Assembly (NCBI GenBank): GCA_964643135.1 | Contig: CAZXPC010000001.1 | Coordinates: forward strand, 39,726-103,725 | Direction of reading: 5' to 3' | DNA from: an uncultured Candidatus Saccharibacteria bacterium | Lineage (GTDB): Bacteria; Patescibacteriota; Minisyncoccia; UBA6257; Colwellbacteraceae | DNA length: 64,000 nucleotides | Part shown: positions 17,540 to 26,594 of the stretch, one piece after another | Numbering within the stretch: the stretch's first letter is position 1 | How the letters are laid out: each line of letters begins with the position of its first letter | The notes under the pieces: model-generated | Database searches by the model: none | What the model saw: the letters and a program-made list of their open reading frames with translations, nothing else | Told to the model about the DNA's origin: nothing | Position numbers and translations under genes: made by a program

Positions 17540-19300
17540 ATGTTCACGACCGAGCATAAGACCTGTCAGAACTGCCGCCGGTCGTTTGACATAGATGGGG
17601 AAGACTTTGCGTTCTACGAAAAAATGAAAGTTCCGCCGCCAACCTGGTGCCCGGAGTGCCGCATGATCCGGCGCATGGCTTGGTGGAACGAGCGCAATCT
17701 TTTTAAGAAAAAAGATATTGACGGGAAAGTTATTTTCTCGGCTTACCCAGAAGAATCATATTTTAAGATCATCGATCGCGACGAGTGGTGGAAAGACAGC
17801 TTTGATGCTATGCAGTACGGCCGGGATTATGATTTTTCAAAGCCGTTTTTCCCGCAGCTGAAAAAACTGGCGGGCGAGGTGCCGTTTCCTTCGCGAGCTG
17901 GAACCAACTTGGTCAATTGCGACTACTGTAACAATTCCAACAATTCCAAGGATTGTTACATGTGTTTTAATGTCGATGAATGTGAAGATTGCATGTATAT
18001 GGTTTTTGCGAAGAAAAACAAGGACGCGATCGATGGTATTAGCGTTTACCAATGCGAATCTTGCTATGAAACCACGCTCTCGGGCATTAGCTATAAAAAT
18101 AATTTTGCATATCAATCGCCATATTGCCGCGATTCTTATTTTTTAAACTATTCGGATAATTGCAACAATTGTTTCGGTTCAGTAAATTTGCGGCACAAAG
18201 AATATTACATTTGGAACAAGCAGTATTCCAAAGAAGAATACTTTAAAAAGATAGAAGAATTTAATTTGGGTTCCCATGCTGCTCTGGAGAGCCTGAAGAA
18301 TAAATCAAAAGATTTTTTCTTGCGCTTTCCGTATCCATATATAAAAGTGTGGCACAACAGCGGAGTGATTACCGGGGATAATATATTCGAGTCAAAAAAT
18401 ATTAGAGATTCGTTTGCAATCGAAGAGGCTGAGAACCTGCGTTACTGCCAAAGCGCCGTCTTCGGCATCAGGGATTGTTACGACTATACGAATTTCGGCA
18501 ATAACGCCGAACTGATCTACGAATCGGTTGAATGCGGCGAATCGATCAGCAATTTGAAATTTTGTTTCGGCTGCTGGTCCAATTCGCGAAACTTGGAATA
18601 TTGTTTGAATTGCCATTCTTCGGAAGACTGCTTCGGCTGTGTCGGCCTGAAGAAAGCCAAGTACTGCATCTTTAACAAGCAGTATTCAAAGGAAGATTAC
18701 GAGAAACTTCGGGCGCGGATAATTGAGCAAATGAACAAAAACCCCTATCGGGACGCGAAGGGCCGGGTTTATAAATATGGGGAATTTATGCCGCCCGAAA
18801 TGGCGCCTTATGCGGCTAACGAGAGTGTTGTTGTCGACCGAAATCAGTTTGACCAGGATAAGGCGCTGTCTTATGGGCTTCGTTGGCGAGAAGTTGATCC
18901 GGTTGAATATAAGACAACCATTAATGCGGCCGATATGGCGGACCACATTAAAGATGTGTCTGATGGCGTAACTCAAGAACTAATTAGCTGTTTGAATTGC
19001 AAGCGGGCCTATCGAATTCTCCCGAAGGAATTGGATTTCTATCGGAGGTTGAACTTGCCCTTGCCGCGGCGTTGCCCGAATTGTCGTTACGAAGAGCGAA
19101 ACAAACAAAGAAATTACCTAAAACTCTATCCCGGCACGTGCCAGTGCGCCGGCGCGGCGTCAGGGAATAAAGTTTATAAGAATGCCGCCAGACACTTTCA
19201 TGGCGAAGAACCATGCCCGAATAAATTCGAGACAGCTCACGACCCAAAGGCGCAGAGGATTGTTTATTGCTTGGAATGCTACCATAAAGAATTGTTATAG
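17540..19300 (+). CDS. Cysteine-rich CxxC-repeat protein of unknown function (paralog B of 384-2141)
   Basis: 586 aa. Same architecture and motif order as 384-2141 (TCQNCRRSF, WCPECRMIRRMAWWNER, NCNNCFGSVNLRHKEYYIWNKQYSKEEY, YCLNCHSSEDCFGCVGLKKAKYCIFNKQYSKEDY, LDFYRRLNLPLPRRCPNCR, VYCLECYHKELL). Confidence 0.6.
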   Translation: MFTTEHKTCQNCRRSFDIDGEDFAFYEKMKVPPPTWCPECRMIRRMAWWNERNLFKKKDIDGKVIFSAYPEESYFKIIDRDEWWKDSFDAMQYGRDYDFSKPFFPQLKKLAGEVPFPSRAGTNLVNCDYCNNSNNSKDCYMCFNVDECEDCMYMVFAKKNKDAIDGISVYQCESCYETTLSGISYKNNFAYQSPYCRDSYFLNYSDNCNNCFGSVNLRHKEYYIWNKQYSKEEYFKKIEEFNLGSHAALESLKNKSKDFFLRFPYPYIKVWHNSGVITGDNIFESKNIRDSFAIEEAENLRYCQSAVFGIRDCYDYTNFGNNAELIYESVECGESISNLKFCFGCWSNSRNLEYCLNCHSSEDCFGCVGLKKAKYCIFNKQYSKEDYEKLRARIIEQMNKNPYRDAKGRVYKYGEFMPPEMAPYAANESVVVDRNQFDQDKALSYGLRWREVDPVEYKTTINAADMADHIKDVSDGVTQELISCLNCKRAYRILPKELDFYRRLNLPLPRRCPNCRYEERNKQRNYLKLYPGTCQCAGAASGNKVYKNAARHFHGEEPCPNKFETAHDPKAQRIVYCLECYHKELL

Positions 19301-19334
19301 AAATTAGGGTATATTTATATTATTATTCGAACCA

Positions 19335-20420
19335 ATGAAACTCCGTGAATACGAGGGTAAGGAACTTTTTAGGAAATATGGCATTGAGCCTCCCAAAGGA
19401 GAGCTTATTAATTCAACTTCCTCAGCGGTTTTAAAAGGGCCGGTGGTTTTGAAAGCCCAGGTTCTGTCGGGCGACCGCAAAAAGCACGGTGGAATTATAA
19501 TAACTAAGGAGAGTGATATTGGAAATAATATTGCGAAGCTTTTGGGTCGCGAGATTAACGGCGAAGTGGTGGAAAAGATATTAGTTGAGGAACTTATTGA
19601 TATTGCCGCCGAATATTATGCTTCGATTAGTTACGACACGGTTACGCGCGGGCCGGTTTTGGCGCTTAATGTTACTGGCGGGTCCGGCATCGAAAAGGCA
19701 GAAACATTTCCTTTGGATATCCTTGAAGCGACTATTCCAGAAAAATACCTAGAAACTATTCTTATTAAAACTGGTTTTCCAGCCAGTGATATCGCTGAAC
19801 TTTCCAAAATTATTCAAAACCTGTGGCAATTATTTATTAAAGAATATGCATTGCTCGCCGAGATTAACCCGATTTTTAAAACGAAAAGCGGCCACTTTGT
19901 CGCCGGGGATGCCAAAGTTATCCTAGATGATGAAAAAATCAATCCAAACGAACGAAGGTTTGTCTCAATGGGCGGGGATATTGCGATCTTGGCTTCCGGC
20001 GGCGGAGCGTCGATGCTTAATATGGACGCGCTTTTACACTATGGCGGCAAGCCTGCTAACTACACTGAATATTCTGGGAACCCGAAAGGTGAAGTAGTAA
20101 AAGAGCTCACAAAAAGGGTTCTGAGTCAGCCCGGCATAAATGGCTTGTGGGTTATCGGCGGTACGGCTAATTTTACAGATGTCTTTGAGACGCTTTCAGG
20201 GTTTGTGGAAGGTCTGGAGTCGCTTCCAGAGAAGCCTAAATACCCGATCGTAATTCGCCGTGATGGCCCGCGACAGAAAGAAGCGGCAGAGATGCTCAAG
20301 ATTTTCGCAGCCGAGAAGGGCTATGACATGCATATCTATGACCGAGAAATGCCGATGGAACAAAGCGCCAAGCTGATGGTTCAACTCGCAAATGAGTTCG
20401 CTCGTAAATCCAAAATCTAA
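19335..20420 (+). CDS. sucC: Succinyl-CoA synthetase beta-subunit-like ATP-grasp protein (SucC/AclB/CcsA family)
   Basis: MKLREYEGKELFRKYGI N-terminus typical of SucC. ATP-grasp region. 361 aa, slightly short. Confidence 0.75.
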   Translation: MKLREYEGKELFRKYGIEPPKGELINSTSSAVLKGPVVLKAQVLSGDRKKHGGIIITKESDIGNNIAKLLGREINGEVVEKILVEELIDIAAEYYASISYDTVTRGPVLALNVTGGSGIEKAETFPLDILEATIPEKYLETILIKTGFPASDIAELSKIIQNLWQLFIKEYALLAEINPIFKTKSGHFVAGDAKVILDDEKINPNERRFVSMGGDIAILASGGGASMLNMDALLHYGGKPANYTEYSGNPKGEVVKELTKRVLSQPGINGLWVIGGTANFTDVFETLSGFVEGLESLPEKPKYPIVIRRDGPRQKEAAEMLKIFAAEKGYDMHIYDREMPMEQSAKLMVQLANEFARKSKI

Positions 20421-20519
20421 AACCCAAATGACAAATCAAGCTCTAAACCCAAAATCCAAATATTTGTCATTAAATCATTTGAATTTGATTAGTCATTTAG
20501 ATTTTGTCATTTAATCACC

Positions 20520-21452
20520 ATGGCTATCCTCATAAACAAAGACACAAGGGTACTCATACAGGGAATAACTGGTTCCGAAGGCTCGCGCGCGTGTAAAGAG
20601 ATGCTCTCATACGGCACCAAAGTCGTGGCCGGCGTTACGCCCGGTAAAGGCGGGCAGGAGGTTGCGGCTCAATTCAATGGCGAGGAGAAAAGAGTCCCAG
20701 TGTACAACTCGGTCAAGGAAGCGCTTGAAAAGCACCCAGATATTAATGCCAGCCTAATCGCTGTGCCGGCCAAATTTATTCGTGGAGCTGCGCAAGAGGT
20801 GATTGTTTCTAGAATCCCGCTAATAAATATATTAGCAGACCACGTTACAGTCGAAGATTGCGCGCTGATTTACGCACTTGCTAAAAAAGCCGGTGTGCAA
20901 GTTATCGGTCCATCTTCGATTGGGATTATCTCTCCGGCTGAAGGCGTCAAGCTTGGCGCGATCGGAAGCGGTGAAACTAAAGACGTTTTTACTCCCGGCC
21001 CGGTTGGCATAATTTCAAAAAGTGGGGGAATGACGGCCGAAATTTCTTCTGTTCTCTCGCGCGCCGGAATGGGGCAGAGTACAGTTATTGGAATCGGCGG
21101 CGACCAGATAATCGGATCAGACTTCGCTGACATATTAAAACTTTTTAAGGACGATGTAGAAACAAAAGTAGTCGTGATCTTCGGCGAAGTCGGCGGCAGC
21201 TACGAAGAACAAATGGCCGACTATATTATTACGGAAAAATTCAATAAACCAGTTATCGCAGTTATCGCCGGCGCATTTTCGGAAAAACTGCCGAAAGAAA
21301 CTGTCTTGGGCCACGCCGGCGCGATTGTTTCTGGCGGAAAAGGGAGCTACAAGTCAAAAATCGAATCGCTCACCAAAGCGGGAGTCTATTTGCCCAAGAC
21401 ACTGGAAGAGATCCCGACCATCTCTAGACAGCTAAAGGTTGTTAAAGTATAA
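20520..21452 (+). CDS. sucD: Succinyl-CoA synthetase alpha-subunit-like CoA-binding protein (SucD/AclA-N/CcsB family)
   Basis: [12 protein letters not shown] ... [14 protein letters not shown] CoA-binding motif. Catalytic His motif [13 protein letters not shown]. Confidence 0.8.
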   Translation: MAILINKDTRVLIQGITGSEGSRACKEMLSYGTKVVAGVTPGKGGQEVAAQFNGEEKRVPVYNSVKEALEKHPDINASLIAVPAKFIRGAAQEVIVSRIPLINILADHVTVEDCALIYALAKKAGVQVIGPSSIGIISPAEGVKLGAIGSGETKDVFTPGPVGIISKSGGMTAEISSVLSRAGMGQSTVIGIGGDQIIGSDFADILKLFKDDVETKVVVIFGEVGGSYEEQMADYIITEKFNKPVIAVIAGAFSEKLPKETVLGHAGAIVSGGKGSYKSKIESLTKAGVYLPKTLEEIPTISRQLKVVKV

Positions 21453-21459
21453 TTTACAC

Positions 21460-22113
21460 ATGGAGAAAAATGGATTTATAAATATATTTGTTTTGCTAGT
21501 TGCCCTTGTTATTATCGTGGCGGTTGGTGTTGGCGGATATTCCCTGATGAAAAATTCAGTGCCATCGGCTGATAAACAGAACCAACAGAATGGTCCCGTA
21601 CCGGGCACAGATACAGGGCTGTCGGCGAGCAATACTTTATTTTTTGACGCAGATTCACCGCCATTTATATATGCTAACTATGATTCTATTACCGTAAAAG
21701 AAAATCAGAAAATGGGAGGAACAGTATCTATCGAAAAAAGACTTGACGGAGAACTTTATATAGACGGCAAGAAAGTTATTTTATATTCTCCAGATCTAGA
21801 AACAGCTAAGAGTCGCAATGATGTTCGTGAGGAAGTTATAGGCAAAGTATCTCTTAATGCGAATGTTTATGATTTTCTTGGAATCCACCCCGAACTTATA
21901 CCGGAGAGTTGGAAAGCCAAAGATAGGCATGGCCTGGATCTCTTCGTCTACTTTTTCGGTACCATTTTCCAGGATTCTAGTGGCAGATTACTAGCTATTG
22001 AAGTTCACATTGATCCTGAGAATGGCCGGCTAGATCTTCTTTACATGCCACTCTTAGATACTTCGCCTTCAAGTCTCTGGTGTTCTAACTGTTACGCCGC
22101 CGTACTTGATTGA
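21460..22113 (+). CDS. AT-rich membrane-anchored hypothetical protein
   Basis: Likely start at ATG 21460 (MEKNGFINIFVLLVALVIIVAVGVGGYS TM helix). GC visibly lower than backbone. Confidence 0.45.
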   Translation: MEKNGFINIFVLLVALVIIVAVGVGGYSLMKNSVPSADKQNQQNGPVPGTDTGLSASNTLFFDADSPPFIYANYDSITVKENQKMGGTVSIEKRLDGELYIDGKKVILYSPDLETAKSRNDVREEVIGKVSLNANVYDFLGIHPELIPESWKAKDRHGLDLFVYFFGTIFQDSSGRLLAIEVHIDPENGRLDLLYMPLLDTSPSSLWCSNCYAAVLD

Positions 22114-22774
22114 AATAGAGAATCCTATAAATATGAATAAATATTATGTCTATGTCGGATTATCAATTATGGCGCTGGCTATCGCTGGCGGGGTTTTGAG
22201 TGCCAGAGCTTATACGCATCTTGGAGGATCTCTTGCTGTAAGAAATATCCAAGTGCAAAAGGGATGGTATTTGCTTGGGGATGGTAGCGATATTCCGGTG
22301 TCATTGGTTGATAAGGCTGAGTATGCTTATCAATATATGCCGTTATTAAATCGTTATATTACGATAAAACCCTTAAATGTTTATCAACAGGATGTTCAGA
22401 AAGCTGCAGCAGATTATAAGCCTATGGGTATAAATCTTACCGAGGATTCATTTGATAAAGAACTGTTTGGTTCAGTTTGGCTGTATTTTGATGAGCCATC
22501 CACGATTTCTTTTACTGTTTATAAAGGTTTAGAAGAACAAAATGACGGGGTGCAATATCTATTATCCGGCTGGAATTTAAAATACATTAATTATTCCATG
22601 ATCGGGAAAAAATTTAGTGAAACTTCCGGGAACTGTAAAATTGAGAAAGCCTATACTTATAATCCTAAGGATGGCTGGGTGAAACTGTTAGACGGGTTGC
22701 AGCCAATCGATCAGGAGTCGCTTGGGTCCGGTTTCGCGGTTAAAGTTCAAGATGCCTGCGAAATGAAGATATAG
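22106..22774 (+). CDS. AT-rich membrane-anchored hypothetical protein
   Basis: N-terminal TM helix YVYVGLSIMALAIAGGVL. Overlaps the previous ORF by 8 nt. Confidence 0.45.
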   Translation: MIEIENPINMNKYYVYVGLSIMALAIAGGVLSARAYTHLGGSLAVRNIQVQKGWYLLGDGSDIPVSLVDKAEYAYQYMPLLNRYITIKPLNVYQQDVQKAAADYKPMGINLTEDSFDKELFGSVWLYFDEPSTISFTVYKGLEEQNDGVQYLLSGWNLKYINYSMIGKKFSETSGNCKIEKAYTYNPKDGWVKLLDGLQPIDQESLGSGFAVKVQDACEMKI

Positions 22775-23060
22775 GATGCTCAGAGAATAACGCCCATCCC
22801 AGCGATTTTTACCGAATAAAAATAATAATTAAATTTATGAAGAGGATTATATTAATAATTGTTCTGGTGGTAGTAGTCGGTGCGATTGGTTGGTATCTCT
22901 GGACCGTGATGAATCCCAATCATCTTCCGCCAGCATTCCCGAATTAACTTTCGAAGCATTCCTTAAAGAAGGCGAGTGTATATCTGCCCAAGACGTTGGA
23001 GGATATGCGAGCCATCTTAAGAAGTCTGATTTAGGCCCATAAATATTGGGTTTTTGGCTC

Positions 23061-23090
23061 TTGACAGAGTTGGGTTATTAATGGTATAAT
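23061..23090 (+). promoter_or_regulatory. Sigma-70-type promoter TTGACA-N18-TATAAT driving island gene G4
   Basis: Consensus -35 and perfect -10. GGAG sequence follows 8 nt before ATG 23111. Confidence 0.55.
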
Positions 23091-23110
23091 TGACCTTGGA
23101 GAATCCAAAC

Positions 23111-23401
23111 ATGACAGCCGTACCTTCCACCGCAGATGCGAACGTCGTCGGCCGAAAGTTCCTCGAGAAAGTCCTCACCGCCAGAGCGAGGGAAATGCTC
23201 GGCGGCACCTATGATGTGCCAGAAACTGCACCGGGGCATCCTGTTGGCCAGATCGCGGGAGCGGTCGATAAGCTCTGCTCATCGCTCGGCGAAGAGGACA
23301 AGCGCGTCGTCTCAGGCCTTCTGGAGGATATGGTCCTTGCCGAGGTCAAAGCACGCTTCGCCACGTACAATGCTGGACTTGGCAAGACCGGCAAGAAGTA
23401 G
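23111..23401 (+). CDS. GC-rich island gene G4: small soluble protein of unknown function
   Basis: 96 aa from ATG 23111 (the ORF-track start at 23090 is TTG). GC3-rich codons. Hairpin plus GGGCCTTTTTTA terminator at about 23440-23470. Confidence 0.5.
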   Translation: MTAVPSTADANVVGRKFLEKVLTARAREMLGGTYDVPETAPGHPVGQIAGAVDKLCSSLGEEDKRVVSGLLEDMVLAEVKARFATYNAGLGKTGKK

Positions 23402-23484
23402 CATGGTTCGCACTCCCGCCTAGGCACATTTTGTGCCACCCGAACGTTTCGACGTCTCGGGCCTTTTTTATTTCAAAGAAATAT

Positions 23485-23514
23485 CCCCTTTATTGACGAT
23501 CGTAAATAAAGGGG
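23485..23514. promoter_or_regulatory. 30-bp perfect interrupted palindrome CCCCTTTATT-gacgatcgta-AATAAAGGGG immediately upstream of a TATAAT box (about 23521)
   Basis: 10-bp perfect inverted arms around a CGATCG-centred spacer, seen directly in sequence. Confidence 0.4.
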
Positions 23515-23577
23515 ATCGGGTATAATGATGTCAGACACACTATTTACCAATTATTATTTAACGACTACTATTAAGTT

Positions 23578-24321
23578 ATGCAAAAGTGGAAAACGGGGAT
23601 AAGTACTCATAAGAACGGCGAACTGCACGTAAGGGGGGAAAAGCTGATCGACATGATTGGCAAGGCGAGTTTTGCGGACACGGCGTTTTTTGTAATGTCC
23701 GGGCGAATGCCGAACAAGAAAGAATCGGTCATGTGGAATGCTATTTTAACTGCCGCAGTCGAGCATGGCGTTGAAGCGCCGTCGGCTTTTGTCGCAAGAA
23801 CTGTCGCTTCAACTGGTAATCAATTTAACGCGGCGCTCGCGGCCGGAGTTTTGGCGATGGGCAATTGGCACGCCGGAGCAATAGAGAAATGCGCGGAGAT
23901 TTTGCAAACTGCGATTGCGGACAAGAAATCGGCCAAGTCGATTGCCTATGAAACGATTTCCAAGGGCGAGCGACTCTCGGGTTATGGCCATAAGGTCTAC
24001 AAAGACGCCGACCCAAGAACAGCCAAAATATTAGAAGTTGCGAAGAAAAATAAATTTGAAGGTGCGCATATAAAATTGGCGCTAGAAATCGAAAAGCATT
24101 TAGAAAAAGAAAGCGGGAAGCATTTGCCACTAAACATTGATGGCATTATTGCGGCGGTGATTTCTGACCTCGGCCTCGACTGGAGAATCGGCAAAGGAAT
24201 TTTTGCGTATGCGCGTATGCCGGGGCTTATTGCGCACATCCATGAAGAGATGGTCAACGAAAAACCTTACCGCCGCCTCGAAGAAGATGATGTTGAATAT
24301 ACGGGTCCGGAAGTTGTATAA
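23578..24321 (+). CDS. Short citrate-synthase-like protein (catalytic C-terminal domain only; citryl-CoA lyase/Ccl-like)
   Basis: 247 aa. GYGHKVYKDADPRTAKILEVA matches the citrate synthase G(F/Y)GH.VY..DPR motif. WHAGAIEK corresponds to the HGGA.E catalytic His region. The N-terminal large domain of canonical citrate synthase is absent. Confidence 0.7.
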   Translation: MQKWKTGISTHKNGELHVRGEKLIDMIGKASFADTAFFVMSGRMPNKKESVMWNAILTAAVEHGVEAPSAFVARTVASTGNQFNAALAAGVLAMGNWHAGAIEKCAEILQTAIADKKSAKSIAYETISKGERLSGYGHKVYKDADPRTAKILEVAKKNKFEGAHIKLALEIEKHLEKESGKHLPLNIDGIIAAVISDLGLDWRIGKGIFAYARMPGLIAHIHEEMVNEKPYRRLEEDDVEYTGPEVV

Positions 24322-24333
24322 ATAGGAGTCTTG

Positions 24334-24404
24334 CGGGCTGTCGTATAGTGGTAGTATACATGGCTGGGGGTCATGCGGCCTGGGTTCAATTCCCAGCAGC
24401 CCGA
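24334..24404 (+). tRNA. tRNA, probably tRNA-Pro (anticodon GGG); no encoded CCA
   Basis: 7-bp acceptor stem CGGGCUG/CAGCCCG. T-arm CUGGG-UUCAAUU-CCCAG. D-loop with GG. Anticodon stem CAUGG/UCAUG with loop CUGGGGG. Followed by hairpin AAATCGCCC-tttcg-GGGCGATTT at about 24412-24436. Confidence 0.7.
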
Positions 24405-24447
24405 CAGAAAATTAAAATCGCCCTTTCGGGGCGATTTTGCCTTTCTA

Positions 24448-24684
24448 TTATTTGGCTGGAGTTGGGGCGGCTGGAGCCTTGGTTGGGGTAGCGGCAACTC
24501 TCAGGTTCTTGCTAAAAGTCTTGATGCACTGAACACAGGCGACGAGTTTCTCGCCTTTTTCGTTCTTAGTTTTCTGTAAGTTTGGGTACTTGCGAGACCA
24601 GTTGGTTGGGTTGTAGTTACCACGAAGCTTAATTCGGTGGCCAACCATGATCGAACCTTTGCCGCAATTTTCACACTGTTTCAT
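24448..24684 (-). CDS. rpmB: 50S ribosomal protein L28
   Basis: Start at internal Met: MKQCENCGKGSIMVGHRIKLRGNYNPTNWSRKYPNLQ matches L28 (C..CGK...GN.VSH...T.R...PNLQ). The ORF-track N-terminal extension is likely spurious. Confidence 0.8.
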   Translation of the reverse strand: MKQCENCGKGSIMVGHRIKLRGNYNPTNWSRKYPNLQKTKNEKGEKLVACVQCIKTFSKNLRVAATPTKAPAAPTPAK

Positions 24685-24737
24685 GCGGAATATGATATGA
24701 TAGTCAGAGATAAATGTAAAGAGGGGCAACACACTAT

Positions 24738-25364
24738 ATGAATCCATCAGTTTTAACCATATTCCAATTCATTATTCTGATCTTTTCGGCGATTATCCAC
24801 GAGGTCGCGCATGGCCTGATGGCGCTGAGCTTGGGCGATGAAACGGCTAAACGGGAGGGGAGGCTGACGCTTAACCCTATAAGCCACATTGACCCGGTTG
24901 GCACGATCTTGCTCCCGCTTTTAATGATTATGAGTGGTTCGCCGATTGTGTTCGGCTGGGCCAAGCCGGTGCCCTATAACCCGATGGCGCTTTATAAGGA
25001 TTTTCGGTTTGGGCCGCTGAAGGTCGCTTTGGCTGGGCCGTTTTCTAATTTGGCTTTGGCGGTTGTTTTTGGACTAATCATTAGACTTGGCGGAGGATTT
25101 TTCTCGGGTATCACTTTGCAGCTTTTGACTCTGATTGTGGTGATCAATGTTCTTCTTTGCATTTTTAACCTGGTTCCGATTCCGCCGCTCGACGGTTCCA
25201 AGATCCTCACTACTTTCTTGCCTCGTGAAGCCGCTTTTAAAATGGAAAGACTCGGATTTATGGGAATTCTTTTGGTCTTTCTTTTTCTTTATCTTTTTTC
25301 GGATACTTTGGGGAAGGCGGTTTTATTTGTATCGTCATTGATCACCGGCACCTCAATCCAGTAA
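24738..25364 (+). CDS. Site-2 protease family (M50) membrane metalloprotease
   Basis: HEVAHG zinc motif within first TM helix. LDGSKIL second motif. Polytopic hydrophobic protein. Confidence 0.8.
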   Translation: MNPSVLTIFQFIILIFSAIIHEVAHGLMALSLGDETAKREGRLTLNPISHIDPVGTILLPLLMIMSGSPIVFGWAKPVPYNPMALYKDFRFGPLKVALAGPFSNLALAVVFGLIIRLGGGFFSGITLQLLTLIVVINVLLCIFNLVPIPPLDGSKILTTFLPREAAFKMERLGFMGILLVFLFLYLFSDTLGKAVLFVSSLITGTSIQ

Positions 25365-25365
25365 G

Positions 25366-25393
25366 TTGACAGGAAATCACTTTCTGTTATTAT
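25366..25393 (+). promoter_or_regulatory. Promoter TTGACA-N16-TATTAT for rpsL-rpsG-fusA
   Basis: Consensus hexamers about 115 nt upstream of rpsL. Confidence 0.45.
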
Positions 25394-25507
25394 TTGGAAC
25401 TGTATCGACCTGTGTTCGATGCTTTTGTTTTATGGCTAAAACATTTGTGTCGGAGTTGCCACGGGAAGAACTAAGTTTTAAAAGAAGAATTAATAAAATA
25501 TTTTTGT

Positions 25508-25927
25508 ATGCCAACAATTTCACAACTCGTAAAACGAAAAAGGACTAATCCTTCCAAAAAGGACAAGAGTCCGGCTTTGGGTTACTACTTTAACGTTATT
25601 CAAAACAAACCAGTTTATTCAGTTTCGCCGTTTAAGCGCGGCGTTTGCTTAAAGGTTTTTACCACCACACCAAAGAAACCGAACTCAGCGCTTCGTAAAG
25701 TTGCTCGTGTTCGCTTAACCAATGGCCAAGAAGTCACAGCTTATATTCCGGGCGAAGGCCACTCTTTGCAGGAGCACTCAGTCGTTATGATCCGCGGCGG
25801 TAGGGTTAAGGACTTGCCAGGCGTTCGATACCACATTGTTCGCGGCCGGCTCGACACGACCGGAGTAACGGACCGAAAACAGCAAAGGTCAAAATATGGC
25901 GCCAAGACGCCTAAGGCTAAAGCCTAA
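25508..25927 (+). CDS. rpsL: 30S ribosomal protein S12
   Basis: [11 protein letters not shown] ... [17 protein letters not shown] ... [29 protein letters not shown]. Confidence 0.95.
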   Translation: MPTISQLVKRKRTNPSKKDKSPALGYYFNVIQNKPVYSVSPFKRGVCLKVFTTTPKKPNSALRKVARVRLTNGQEVTAYIPGEGHSLQEHSVVMIRGGRVKDLPGVRYHIVRGRLDTTGVTDRKQQRSKYGAKTPKAKA

Positions 25928-26016
25928 CCAATAACAAATAACCAATAACTCATAACAAATAACAGGAATGCATTTGTATCCCGTTATAAGTCATCAGTTA
26001 TAAGTAATAAGTTAAA
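25928..26016 (+). repeat. AATAAC/GTTAT imperfect-palindrome element copy 1 (subtype A, AATGCATT core) between rpsL and rpsG
   Basis: Left arm ccaataacaaataaccaataactcataacaaataacag. Centre gaatgcatttgtatccc. Right arm gttataagtcatcagttataagtaataagttaa, ending 4 nt before ATG. Confidence 0.7.
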
Positions 26017-26019
26017 AAT

Positions 26020-26505
26020 ATGAGAAAGAAACGTAATTATGCGAGAGTAAGGCGGCCGGATGTTAAGTATCAAGATGTAGCTTTGGCCCGCTTCATTAAC
26101 AAAATGATGTACGACGGCAAGAAATCAACCGCTGAACAAGTTGTCTACGGCGCTTTGGACATTGTCGCCAAAGAAACCAAGAAGGACGCCCTGGTTGTTT
26201 TCACAACTGCCATGGAGAATGCCTCGCCGCTAGTAGAAACCGTTTCGCGAAGAGTTGGCGGCGCTAACTATCAGATTCCTGAAGAAGTCCGCCCAGCCCG
26301 CAAATTTATCTTATCTTCAAGGTGGATTATCGAAGCTACCCGCGGCAAGAAGGGTAAGCCAACGGCTGAGAAGCTTGCTGAGGAATTGATGGCCGCTTTC
26401 AAGAACGAAGGCGCCGCAATCAAGAAGAAGCTTGATGTTCACAGGATGGCCGAAGCCAACCGCGCTTTTGCCCACTTTGCCCGCAAGAGAACTCCAACGA
26501 GCTAA
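26020..26505 (+). CDS. rpsG: 30S ribosomal protein S7
   Basis: RRPDVKYQDVALARFINKMMYDGKKSTAEQVVYGA ... typical S7. 161 aa. Confidence 0.9.
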   Translation: MRKKRNYARVRRPDVKYQDVALARFINKMMYDGKKSTAEQVVYGALDIVAKETKKDALVVFTTAMENASPLVETVSRRVGGANYQIPEEVRPARKFILSSRWIIEATRGKKGKPTAEKLAEELMAAFKNEGAAIKKKLDVHRMAEANRAFAHFARKRTPTS

Positions 26506-26592
26506 CTAATAACAAATAACAAATAACTCATAACAAATAACAGAAATGCATTTGCATCCCGTTATAAGTTATCAGTAATAAGTAATAAGTTA
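26506..26592 (+). repeat. AATAAC/GTTAT imperfect-palindrome element copy 2 (subtype A) between rpsG and fusA
   Basis: taactaataacaaataacaaataactcataacaaataacag - aaatgcatttgcatccc - gttataagttatcagtaataagtaataagttaat, then ATG. The centre contains the perfect palindrome AAATGCATTT. Confidence 0.7.
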
Positions 26593-26594
26593 AT

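Noticed and set aside
24334-24404. Alternative tRNA fold with perfect Watson-Crick D-stem GUAU/AUAC and 9-nt D-loop
   Set aside because: It leaves only 2 nt for the variable loop, so the fold with two G-U pairs in the D-stem and a 4-nt variable loop (anticodon GGG) is preferred. The anticodon call remains tentative.
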